Below are positions 40,301 to 50,300 of a stretch of 64,000 nucleotides of DNA, in pieces. The translations under genes and the position numbers were made by a program. Origin of the DNA: Gemmatimonas sp. (GTDB taxonomy: Bacteria > Gemmatimonadota > Gemmatimonadetes > Gemmatimonadales > Gemmatimonadaceae); assembly GCA_965279375.1 (NCBI GenBank), contig OZ257156.1:768001-832000 (forward strand), in the 5' to 3' direction. Each line of letters begins with the position of its first letter. Position 1 is the first letter of the stretch. The notes under the pieces are model-generated. The model was given only the letters and a program-made list of their open reading frames with translations, had not been told where the DNA came from and ran no database searches.

Positions 40301-41301
40301 GTGGCCGCGAACGGACGCACCGGCGTAGCGATGGTCGTGAGTTGCTGCGCCGTCTCTGCCGTGGTGCGTCGATTGGCGCCGATGGCCGTGGTGGCCGTTG
40401 AGACACTGGAGACGGGATAGCGCGTGGCAGACTCGAGTCCGATGCTGGAGCGCAGCGCGGCGGTGCTCGCCGCGGCCGCCCCCTCCTGATCACCGCCTTC
40501 CTTGTCGCTCACCAGCGCCCACTGCAGGGAGGCCAGCTGTTGCGTCAGGCTCGTCGTCGTTTCCACGCCATCGAGCGGATCGAGCGTGGGATCGGACCAC
40601 CAGCCCGCGATCGTGTACGACGCGAGATCGTCCACTACGCCGCCCGGTGCCAGCGTCGCGAGATCTTTGAGATCGTCGTGAAACGCGAGGCGATTGGTGA
40701 CGGCATCGTACACACCGGCCCAGTTCAGCGTGCCGCCCACAGCACCTGTGAGTTCGGCTTTCGCGACGGTCTTGCCCGCGGGCTTGGCGGTGGCCGATGC
40801 GATGGGCCACTGCTCGAGCGGAATGGCGCGCGCGGTGTCGGCTTCGAGCACCCATCCGGTGACGATGGGGCGCGTTGCGCCTTTGACGACGACGGTACGC
40901 AGCACCACCCAGCGATCGGGGAGCGCGGCGAGTCCGAGGCGATTGGTGGTGCCGTCGGGCACTTCGTCCATCGTGCCGGTGAGCAGCGAATCAGGCGGCG
41001 CCCAATGCAGATGCACACCCGCTGCACGCGCGGTGCCCTTGGCGAGCGGCGCGGGCATGGCGGCCGGCGCTTCACCGTCGGGCGTCGTCAGCGCGAACGG
41101 CAGCTGCACGAACAGTGTGGTGTCGCCCTTTGGTACGTAGAGTGCCTGTACATCGACAGGCACGATGACGCGACTCTCGCGCAGCACGCTGGCGTCCCAC
41201 GTTCCGAGCTGCGCGACTGTGGCGTCGGTGCGCACCAACCCCGTCCAGCGCGGAGAGACCAGCGCCTTGGTGACATCGTTCGGATCGGCAACGGGGCTCA
41301 T
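37357..41301 (-). CDS. Large hypothetical protein (1314 aa) of the DUF6603-like operon
   Basis: Long ORF with ATGA overlaps at both ends; motif-like blocks GVHLHWAPPD, LPDRWVV, QPWVPLWLEWE, NPVAGFLLPD, VGRPIAVVRA, VHLTSGILPRK. Confidence 0.8.
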   Translation of the reverse strand: MSPVADPNDVTKALVSPRWTGLVRTDATVAQLGTWDASVLRESRVIVPVDVQALYVPKGDTTLFVQLPFALTTPDGEAPAAMPAPLAKGTARAAGVHLHWAPPDSLLTGTMDEVPDGTTNRLGLAALPDRWVVLRTVVVKGATRPIVTGWVLEADTARAIPLEQWPIASATAKPAGKTVAKAELTGAVGGTLNWAGVYDAVTNRLAFHDDLKDLATLAPGGVVDDLASYTIAGWWSDPTLDPLDGVETTTSLTQQLASLQWALVSDKEGGDQEGAAAASTAALRSSIGLESATRYPVSSVSTATTAIGANRRTTAETAQQLTTIATPVRPFAATSSRYVDKAGAVVAAEPRWPRSTMLSGVVHGVPVAGAVIVDQIPNAGAVDTVLGVHGDDVAAVLASEGLGANDAARRDLERVLSAFTGQVLNRIGTPDGLVDVEQQEHEAGFSSMPGGDGPIERLRTGGTSGPLAAGRAVRSQQAVKIPPTKGTASTPGVRFTPLGSSKKDLVSGTTDGLRQQTSSWEGPTPLVTPTAEVREVQRAAPRYHWPVDPVVGVRNAKRSLRHRHDGRFSPDGLLQCRWPSQVPVVVEGVIDGRTYVPALPSGAIPPEVTTLAQNALISDPYFVPWLSQAEAARTGVKSKVIQTRMAAEATLRFGADGIYDGRTTAFSSASVARTTGRIVPPPPGIVATQTTDQLRRYSQVKGVDADPVGVTAWSQPWVPLWLEWEAVIESSDRLDGWQLDQVDFVATNALATTPLPPMLGRSPLTTGTATTLAAAIRDWLEVETQRDATNTGEVDDATAAQLADIAEAIDTLDIVTASLDGVQNTLLGLPTDGMGIISTRLPDGTIVPPAPIAIPQLLLGGSMRLTRARIVDAFGRTLDVLKQPVRVPARADVPDSAEALALAPRLLRPARWMLRLVDPAIPDSLLIPPTPAEATVDQIEPARMINPVAGFLLPDHIDESLELFDAAGTPLGELLHDPIGGGVQWEIAPGRAGPPDAPPLYELAPNSRHLGLFASALVATDAQTRAGLPADRREDSALTALLRAIDTTLWTVDAFAQMGSEHIVGLVGRPIAVVRATLRLEIDDDLDELDLADPVRRAEREAAYAALADRAFPVRLGELTRTDDGLLAFFVNDDYTRVHVVDKVVRALAVESGSNVGQLDQLGSAGTRPNSAPSPSPITHPYVVAEDEIQVHVGQQLQLTLLMLPRGRVHLTSGILPRKSVELVRDWIQPGLSVMAPSVRVGPVLIDPDKVRLPKVSAFPVDQQWTRRDTPFTWKNDPILAATQTALLPVLPSTVQEGYIRVMPLAADASGETP

Positions 41302-42284
41302 CGCAGCACCGCCGAAAGATCGGCCTTGAGTGTGGCCATGCTGATGGTGGGGCGAAACACCGTGCTGACCGGCGGCGGCGCGGTGTCCGGATCACCAAAC
41401 ACCTGCCGGTACGGAAAGCGCAGCATCTGCAGCGCATACTCGGCGCTGTCCATCGTGGCGCCCATGTTCGTGCCTGGTGTGGTGCGGAAGGTTTCGGCCG
41501 TGCGGCGGAAGTCGATCACGCCGGGTGCACCGCTGCGAAAGCTCACGGGCATCGTGGGGAGACCGGGCGCGTTGGCAGACGTGTTGCGATCGCGTGCGAA
41601 CACGCTGGCGGAAAAATTGTTTGGACTCGTTTCGGTGAGACGCACGCCGAACTGAATGCCCTGGCGCGGCTCTTCGACGTGCACGACGGCCGGCACACCA
41701 TCGAACAGCGCGAGCAACACCGCCGGCGCGAGACGCTCTAGGCGCAACAGCTTCAACCGATTCGGGTCGGACTCCGGCAATACCGCGTTATCGGCCGCGC
41801 TGTCGGTTTTGTACGCGCGCACATGCACGCCGGGCCAACCGGAGATCGCACGCGAGCGCATGACGAATCCGGTGATCGGGCCGGCGGGACCTTTCTGTGG
41901 CACTTCGCCGGGTGGTTGCCGCACCAGGCGTTCGTCTTCGTCGAGTTCGTTGCGCAGCTGCGGGTAAAGCTGCTCCAGTTGCGCGCGATCGGCGGAGCTG
42001 ACCGTGCCCACCGACAGCGCTCCTTGCACGAGTGCGTCCGTCCACGCGCGATCGACGTAGAAAAAGCGGATCGACTCTGTGGGAAGGAGCAGCGCGTCCG
42101 GCACCAGATACGCGAACGGCACCGTCTCCAGCAGTCGCAGACGCGCGAGCCACTGACTGACTTCCTCGGGGATGATGCGCACCCCGAAGTTGGGATGCGT
42201 CTCGGCGGGAATCGGCTGCATGCTGGTCGTCGCGCGTTCCACCGACGCCAGTATCACGCTCGACGACATCGCTCTCGTGCTCAT
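41298..42284 (-). CDS. Hypothetical protein (328 aa) of the DUF6603-like operon
   Basis: WLARLRLLETVPFAYLVPD..LPTESIRFFYVD, GFVMRS.AISGWPG and EEP.QGIQFG blocks; ATGA overlaps. Confidence 0.8.
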   Translation of the reverse strand: MSTRAMSSSVILASVERATTSMQPIPAETHPNFGVRIIPEEVSQWLARLRLLETVPFAYLVPDALLLPTESIRFFYVDRAWTDALVQGALSVGTVSSADRAQLEQLYPQLRNELDEDERLVRQPPGEVPQKGPAGPITGFVMRSRAISGWPGVHVRAYKTDSAADNAVLPESDPNRLKLLRLERLAPAVLLALFDGVPAVVHVEEPRQGIQFGVRLTETSPNNFSASVFARDRNTSANAPGLPTMPVSFRSGAPGVIDFRRTAETFRTTPGTNMGATMDSAEYALQMLRFPYRQVFGDPDTAPPPVSTVFRPTISMATLKADLSAVLR

Positions 42285-44347
42285 GACTGCTCCGTGCGAG
42301 AAGTGCTGCGTGCGTCGAGCAGGGCGTCGAGTGCATCCGGCTCGTTGGAGGGCCGAGCGGTCTTTCCGCGCGTTGGGCGCCCCGGCACGGCGATCGTCAC
42401 CGGCCGTGTCGTGGTCTTGAGCACGTCTGCGGTCACGGTGGCGACGGTGTCGTTGAGCGCCGATTTGAGCGACAGCTGCGCCGCCTGATCGAAGCCGCTG
42501 TCCTTGGCCAACGGCACCGGCTGTTCGCCGAGTGCAGCGATCACGCCGATGCTGTCCGCGCGCTTGCGCAGCTGCGCCGCATCGAAGCCAAAGCCCATGG
42601 CGATCACATCGTCGATGTTTCCCGTCACGTAGTTCAGCGGGCGACCAGGGTCGGCGAGCGGTCGACTTGGTGCCAGCGTCTTGGATGGATCGACGGCCGC
42701 CTTGAGCACCAGCTCGCGGCCGAGGAGATGACCGAGATCGCCCACCGTGGTCGGTGCGGGCGCCGTCGACACGTCCTTGAGCGCAAGCGCAGCCAACTCG
42801 GCGGCACGTGCCGCACCAAACGCCTCCTGCCGCCAGCGCATCAGCCCTGATACGATCGACGGCTGCGACAGTGCGAGCAGTCGACCGATCTCGAAGGCAC
42901 TCGCCAGCGAGAGATCTTCGCGACCGTCGGGCACCACGCGGCGAAGCTGATCGCTGGTGTGCGCGAGCGTGGGAGCAGTCGTACCCGGCTCATCGCGTTC
43001 GGTGGGTTGCGGCGTACACGGGCCACGATACCACGCGCGCAGCGACTCACCGCGACGCGAGAGATAGTCGAGCCCGATATGTCCCGTCTCCGTGCCCTCG
43101 GGATCCGGACGCGACGGCGGTGGTGGCGGTGGCGCGCTGCCTGCGTTGGTGGGCAGGCAGTCCGGGCGCGGTGCGGCGGTGGGATCGGCCGGCAGCGTGC
43201 CGAGCAGCCCCACATCGAGTCCCTGCATCAACGTTTCGAACGATCCCGCGCCCGTGCACGCGAACGACCAGTACGCGAGCACCGGAAAGCGGTATGTGGG
43301 CTCCAGCACCGCCAGCTCAACGCCGACCCGCCAATCCGCGCTCATGACGTCGCGTGCCACGCGCGACGCGTCGGTGGGTGACGCTGCGACCGCGGACTCC
43401 ACCTGCTGCGCCGTGTAGGTCCACTGCGACGCACGCGTCGACGTCGCGCGCCCCGACGGCGGTGCGCTCTGCGGCGCAGCAGCGGCACTCGACGCCGCGG
43501 CAGTCGCATTCGTTGCAGCGGCGGTCCGCGCATTCACGCGGGCGATCGGTTGTGCGGCGAGTGCTGCCGACGGCCGCGCGATGCCGGTGCCCATCGCGCG
43601 GGTGTCCGCGTTCGTCGCCACGGCGGCCTGACTGAGTCGCAGATCCTGCACCACGAGATCGCTGCGAAAGAAGTCGGTGAAGGGCAGCGAGGGAGGCGGC
43701 AGCACGTCCAGCTGTCCTTCGAGATTGATCAGGCAGGCGAGGTAGCGCACCGGCGCACAGTTGGCGCGATCGAATTGCGGCAGACGGTTCGCCATGACGA
43801 CGGCCATGAAGCCATCGTCGTCGCCCATCGCCAGCTCGGTATCGGTGACATCCACTTCGCGCACGTGCGTGAGCAGCGCGAGATCGGACTTGGTGGGAAA
43901 GACCTTCTGCACGACTGTTCGTGACACGCCGAGGTAGACGCCCGTGGCCACATCGTTGGTGCCGGAGAGAACCACGCCCGGTGTGACGCACTGTGCGACT
44001 GGCACTTCGGCGGAGAGCTGTCCTTCCCCTTCGGCGATGAGGACCAGCGCAAGCCACGGCACGCCGCGATCGGCCGGATCGACGGCGCGCTCCCACGGCA
44101 ACGTGCGCCGCTTCAGCACGACCTGCGGCAACTTGGACTCGAACGCGCCTTCGGCGTTGGCCGGAGGAAACGTGGAGAGCAGCTGGTCCGCGGGCAGACG
44201 AAAGCGCGGCGAGGTGATGCGCAGATGCGCTTCGTACGGCGCGGTTGGCCCACCGGCGACCTGTTGCTCCCCCTCGAGCACGTAGTCGCCTGCAGTGAGT
44301 GGCGGAAGTGCGCTGCCGTGCAGCACGAAATGTCCGAGCGTTGGCAT
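42281..44347 (-). CDS. Hypothetical protein (688 aa) of the DUF6603-like operon
   Basis: PRFRLP..STFPP, LPQVVLKRRTLPWER, PWLALV, ACLINLEG, WYRGP and DLSLASAFEIGRLLALS blocks; starts 3 nt after the giant gene's stop. Confidence 0.8.
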   Translation of the reverse strand: MPTLGHFVLHGSALPPLTAGDYVLEGEQQVAGGPTAPYEAHLRITSPRFRLPADQLLSTFPPANAEGAFESKLPQVVLKRRTLPWERAVDPADRGVPWLALVLIAEGEGQLSAEVPVAQCVTPGVVLSGTNDVATGVYLGVSRTVVQKVFPTKSDLALLTHVREVDVTDTELAMGDDDGFMAVVMANRLPQFDRANCAPVRYLACLINLEGQLDVLPPPSLPFTDFFRSDLVVQDLRLSQAAVATNADTRAMGTGIARPSAALAAQPIARVNARTAAATNATAAASSAAAAPQSAPPSGRATSTRASQWTYTAQQVESAVAASPTDASRVARDVMSADWRVGVELAVLEPTYRFPVLAYWSFACTGAGSFETLMQGLDVGLLGTLPADPTAAPRPDCLPTNAGSAPPPPPPSRPDPEGTETGHIGLDYLSRRGESLRAWYRGPCTPQPTERDEPGTTAPTLAHTSDQLRRVVPDGREDLSLASAFEIGRLLALSQPSIVSGLMRWRQEAFGAARAAELAALALKDVSTAPAPTTVGDLGHLLGRELVLKAAVDPSKTLAPSRPLADPGRPLNYVTGNIDDVIAMGFGFDAAQLRKRADSIGVIAALGEQPVPLAKDSGFDQAAQLSLKSALNDTVATVTADVLKTTTRPVTIAVPGRPTRGKTARPSNEPDALDALLDARSTSRTEQS

Positions 44348-44350
44348 GGA

Positions 44351-47300
44351 TCAGCGTTTCGGTGAAGGGGCGCGCTTGGCGACTTTCTTGGCGGACTTCT
44401 TAGCGGATGTCTCAGCGGCCTTCTTGACCGCAGTCTTGGCGGGTTTCTTGGGCGTCTTGCCGCGCACCGGGGTGCGATTCGTGTTGCGACCGGCGATCCA
44501 GCTCAGCGAGATCGTGCCGGTTCCCTGATCGGTGAGCGGTCGCACCAGCGCATCGAGGCCGGCACGTGCGAAGCGCTCTGCCACATCGGCGGCACCGTCG
44601 CTGCTTCCCAGCACTCCCACCAGACGCACGCCGGGTTGCTGGCCGATGGACACGGTGACGGCGGCACCCTTGGGCGCGGCGGGATCGGCGGTGACGGCGT
44701 AGACCAGCGCCGAGCGATTGCCGATGGAAACGACGATGGGTGGCAGTGGCGTGCCGCGCGCGTCGAGTGCGCGCCGCGCGTGTTGCAGCGTGAGTGCGAG
44801 ATCGCGCGCATGGTCGGTATCCACGAAATCATCGAGCACGATCGCGACCGTGCGAGGCGCGGCGGCAAAGCGCGTGTGCACGATGCCGCTTCCCTGCACC
44901 AGTTCTGCCGCGGGCACCCAGCCAGCACGGAAGCGCTGCCGCGTGCCACGCACCCGCGAGCCTTCCGCGTGCACCACGACTCCGGATGCGATGGACGACG
45001 ACCAACCGATGTACGGAAGCTCACTGCCGCTGTGCCATCCGGACATGCCCGGCGCCGGCCCCGACGATTTCCCCTGCGCCACCACAATCAGACGTTCCGT
45101 GCCAACCGGTACGGTCACGACGGTGGTCGACGCATCGTCACGCAGCACCTCACCGCCGAAGCCCATCGCGACGATGCGTGCCGTGCCGCCGGCGATCGCG
45201 AGCTGCGGTCTCGGCGCCTTGGGATCGAGATCGCGCAACGCATTGGGCAGTTCGAGAATCACCACCTCGCCAACCTGAACGATCGGACGGGTGGCCCGTC
45301 GACCCGGCGCACGCCCCAGCTCCGTGGTCAGTTCGGTTAACCGTGTGTTGCCATCGACCGGCGCACCGCGCACCGATACTGCCGCAGTCCCGCCGCGCGC
45401 CGCACGAGTGAGCGGAACGGGGCCGGTGGCACCGATCGAGCGTCCCATCGTCGCGCCCGGTGCCGGCGTGCGCACCAGACGCGCCGCCACCGCCACCGGT
45501 ACCGCAGCCTGCGCCGACTCGACCGACGGCGCCGCCATGCGTACCGGCGTGCGGTCCTTCACGGTGGTGCGGGTGGGCGCGAACTCCATCTGCGCCATTG
45601 GTGTGAGCACAGCGATCGCGCGCGGTGGAGCGACGGTGGTGTCCACAGGCACCGTGGGCGCCGCCGGCGGGAACGTCACGATCGGCTCGGCGGCATCCGT
45701 TTCCGCGAGACCCTGCGTGAGCGTGCCGAGTCGCGGCGGCGATTGCCGTTCGCGCTCGATCGCCGCGAGTGCTGTCTTGCCCGTGCCACCGGCGGCGAGC
45801 CACGGTTTGGCCACGGCGTAGGTGCGCCGCGCGCCCGGTGCGTCGTTGGGAATCAACGCGGATACATCGCGTGCGGCGGTGATGAACGCCGGGCGCGACG
45901 CGGCGGCCGAGAGGAACGGCAGCGGTTTGCGTGGACCTGGCGGATCGATCTGGTTGTACGCGATCTCCTTGGGCAACGTCGCGTTCAGCGTGGCCTTCGA
46001 CTCGAAGCGGACGGCGTCGGTGGCTTTGATGACATTGCCGGTGGGGACCTTGCGATCGTCCATCGGTTGCGGTGGGCCCCACACGCCGATGGGGAACGAG
46101 CCTTGTGCCTGCACGTCCTTGGTGAGCTTGTCGAGGTGGCGCACGTTGCCCGCGCCCACCAGCGACAATGACAGCACCGCGTTGGACGCGCCGATGTTCA
46201 TGGGCGCGATGCCGAGCGTGCTGCTGGGTGCGCGATAGTCATCGACGCCTTCCACACGAACCGTGGCCGTCGGCACGAGCGTCGTGACGGTGATCTCGAA
46301 CTCGCTGTAGACCTCGAACGGGCGTGCGGCTGTGCCGTCCGCCGTGGCGGTATCCGTCGGGCCACCGGGTCCCGTGCCGGGAGGCAGTGCACCCTTGCCG
46401 GGAATCGCGGTGATGACGCGCGCCACACCCGGCGAAGCCGTCTCGAGATACTTGCCGACGAAATCGGCCCAGGAGATGTAGTTGTCGTCCGACTGGCTGT
46501 CGTCGCCGAAGGCGACCGTGAGTCCGATTGGCCCCACATCGAACGACACGGTGCCGTGGAACTCGGGGCCCATCACGTGGATGCTCGCGCCGCGCGACAG
46601 CGAGAACGAGATGTCGCCTAACCACGTGTCGATCGTCACGCCCGCTGAGATGCGCGCGTAGGCGTTCACGTCGTAGCGGAACGGATCGAAATAGACGATG
46701 CCGTCGGCGCCAAAGGTGACCGTGGCCCATGCCGCACCGAAATCGGCCGACGCCGTGAGCGATCCACCCGCCATCACCGCTTCGGAGGTCAGCGCGAAAT
46801 ACGCCTCACCCTTGATGGAGATGGAACTGCTCACACTCCACTGGAATCCGAGTCGCGGGACGATCGGATAGCCGTCGCGCTTGAAGCTCGGATGGTAGCC
46901 GCCGAGCGTGAGCACGAACTGCCCCGTGTTGGTCTCGCCGAACCAGATCACGAAGGCAAAGCCGCCGGTGAGTCGCACCGATTCGTGAAGGATCCACGAG
47001 TTATCGGTGAGCTGCGCCTGAATCCAGAGCACGCCCTCCTTTGTGGAGAAGCGCGCGATGAGTCCGAGTTCGATGGAGACTAGCGGGAACTGCGGCCGCG
47101 GCAGCGCCAGCCGCGCCAATCCGAGCAGCGCGATCTCGAGTCCGTCGCCGATCGCCACCGACACCACCGCAACGCCATCGACCAGTGCAAAGCTGGTGAA
47201 GCTGATACCGGCTGCGAACCAGAACTCCCCGGACTTCATCGGGAAGTAGGTGCGCAGCGACGCGAGCTCCGCCATCGGATCTGTCGATGGCTGGGCGGCC

Positions 47301-50300
47301 GGATCGAGTGCCTTGATGAATGGGAACTCGCCGAAGGTGGACAGATCCGACGGGAAGGTCAGCCCGCGATTGATGCCGAGTCCACCACCGATACCCGTGA
47401 GGAAGAAGGCCGGTGGTCCACCGATCGGGCCGTTGATCGCGCCGAAGGCGAAGAACGACGCGAAGCTCGAGCCATCGCTGGCCACACCGGTGCCGTAGCC
47501 GCCGTACACGGACAGTCCGTACACAGCGAAGCGCGCGGCGAGCATGCCGATGTACTCGATCGACGTCCCGTCCTCGAACTTGCGCAGTCCGCCTGCGAGC
47601 GTGATGCCGGCGAGATCGGCGTTGACCGCGAAGCCCGCAACATCCACTGCCCAGCGCCCCGGATCGAACACATTCGCGTTCGACGCCACCGTGAACGTCA
47701 GCTGCAGATCGTCCACCGCCGCGGTGAGTCCCAACAGCGATACGCGCCCATCCAGCAGCAGCGAGATCTTCTGCAGCTGTTGCTGCGTGGCGACGACTCC
47801 GACACCGACCTGTTCGATGTATACGGGGCCAAAGCCCTTCTGGATCGCGACCCACCACGGGCCACTGCCTTCACCGGCGCTGAGTGAGATGAGCACGGCA
47901 TCGCTGCCATGCTTTTGCACCGCAAGCGCGGGGCTGAACGCGGGCGCCAGCTTCGTGCTGCCCGAGTTGGCGTCCTTCATGATTCCTTGCGCGACGGGAT
48001 TGCCGCCTTGCGCACCGGCCACCGCCACCGCGAGCTCGCTGAACTGCAGCTGCACTCCACCGGACAGTCGTCCGTCCGTCTCCACTTCGCCGTAGAGATG
48101 CGCCGCGATCGAGCCGAGCGTGATGACGCTGTCCAGCAGCGGCCCGCTGGTCTTGCCCACGCGTATGCCGATGCCGTTACAGGCAAAGGCCGGCGCGAAC
48201 ACGGGCACGGCGCCGCCAACATCGAGCACGGTGAGTTCGAGTCCCGCGGGTGGCTCGCCCTGAATCCAGCGCGAGTCTGCTTCGAGTGACACGGCGAAAT
48301 CGCCGGCGGGGAAATCGTGCCGCGCCGTGATGCCGAGCGTGAGCTTGACCTCGTCGAGCTCCTTGAGCACACCCACGGTTAAACCGCCGCTCAGTGCGAT
48401 CGACGGACCCGTCTCCGCGAAGTTGAGCGCCAGTCGCAGCATGCGTTGCAGCAGTGCGGCGGGATCGAAGAGATCCGGATCGAGCGCCGCAGGATTGGCG
48501 ACATCTTCCAGCACCACACCACGCAGCACGTCGCGCACCGTGCCACTGCCCACCGCGTTGGCCAGCAACTGCTGCATCGTTGGCGTGTCGATGGCAAACG
48601 TGGCCACCAGATCGAGCAGCTCCTCCAGCATCGCGAGGGCAACATCCTCGGCGTCGGTCGAGTTGCCATCGACTGCAACGAGCGTGAAGGTGCTGCCCAG
48701 ATTCCAGCGCGCCGCGAAGCCCGACGTCATCGCCGCATCGCTGGCGAGCCCCACCTCGATGCGACGGCCGCCACTGGGTGAAGCGCCGACCGCGATCGTG
48801 GCGAACGGACGAATGTCCAAACCACCGGCGTCGATCGTGGCGGGACCGATCGTCGATTCAAGCGCCGCGAGCCCGCTCGCGTCGAGCGTGATCGCTGCCG
48901 TGATCGTGTTGACGGTGGGAATGCCGGTGACGGTGCCGCCCAGCGTGAAGCGGAACGGCGACGGACGCCACGTCAGCGAGAGTTCGCGCACGGTGACCGT
49001 AAGCATGCCGCCCGCGACGGTCGCGGTACTGGCCGTCGGCAGCAGCGGACGCACGGCGGTCGCGATCGACTGCAACGCCGTGGTCGTCAGCGTGGGCAAC
49101 GCGGCGATGAGTTGACCGGCGGGATCGGCGGCCCACGCCGTCAGACGCGCGCCATCGAACGCCAGCGGCGTGCCGCGCCGCAGGTCGAGCGCATCGCCGA
49201 TCGCGCGCACCACGGCTCCGGCGTTCCCTGCGAGATTGGTGCCGGTCTCCGCCGCCAACGCGTCGAGTACCACCGGCAGCGCCTGACTCACCGCCGCTTG
49301 CGCCAACGCCGCGAGACCGGGCGGATTTGGATAGAGCGGCAGATCCGCGCCAACATCGGGGCGAATGAACAGCTGCACGCCGCCGTTCAACGCGACGTGC
49401 ACCGCCGACCGGCCGGTCGTGGCACCGGCCAGCCCGACAAACGCGTCGATCGCTGGCGTCGGCGCACCGTCGGTGCGCAGCGTGAGTCCAATCGTGCCGC
49501 CGGCCACCAATCGACCCGTTGCCGCCACCGGCGAGGCGAACGCGCTCGTATCGATCGACAGCGCGAGACGCAGCGCACCGCTTTGCGCACTGGCCGTCAC
49601 CGAGACTCCCGTCCCCAGCGTCCACGTGCCCGGCGGGCCGCTCAGACCGGTGAGAGGCTTCACGGCGTCGAGCAGCGCGATCGCCCGCGCCGGGTCGATG
49701 CCGCCGCTGCTTCCGCCAAGCGATCCGCGATGCGTGAACCACCCGACGGCATCGCGCACCATGCCCGCTGGCAACAGCACGCGCCGATTGCCGATCGCAT
49801 CGATCGTATCGAGCAATCCCATGACGTCGAGCGCGGCATCGATCAGTCCGCGAGCCGTTTCGTCGAGCCGGCGCAGGAACTCGAGCCCCGCCCGCGCACA
49901 CTCACCGGGGAGCAGCTGCGCCAGGGCGCGCGTCAGCCCCGACACGTCCGGCGTTGGCCACAGCGCGTACACCGCCGGCGCCACGCCACCGGCCGCGTGC
50001 CACTCGAGCGATGCGCGCAACGGTGCGTTGTCCACGCGCACCAGCACACCGCCGGCGGCAGAAATGCCTGTACTGCCCAGTGTGAACGATGCCGTGACAA
50101 CGCCCGTGCCGGTGGCGGTGATGTCCGCCGTGGCGCTCACCATCCCTTCGGCGCCCGGCGTGCTGCTCGTCTGCAGGCGCACCGTGCGTGCCTGCAGATC
50201 CACCGTGACGCCAGGAATTGCTGACAGCAGCGCCTGCACACCCGACGCGAGCTGCACCTGTCGCGCTGCGTCGGCGAGCGCATCGGATACATGCAGCGCC

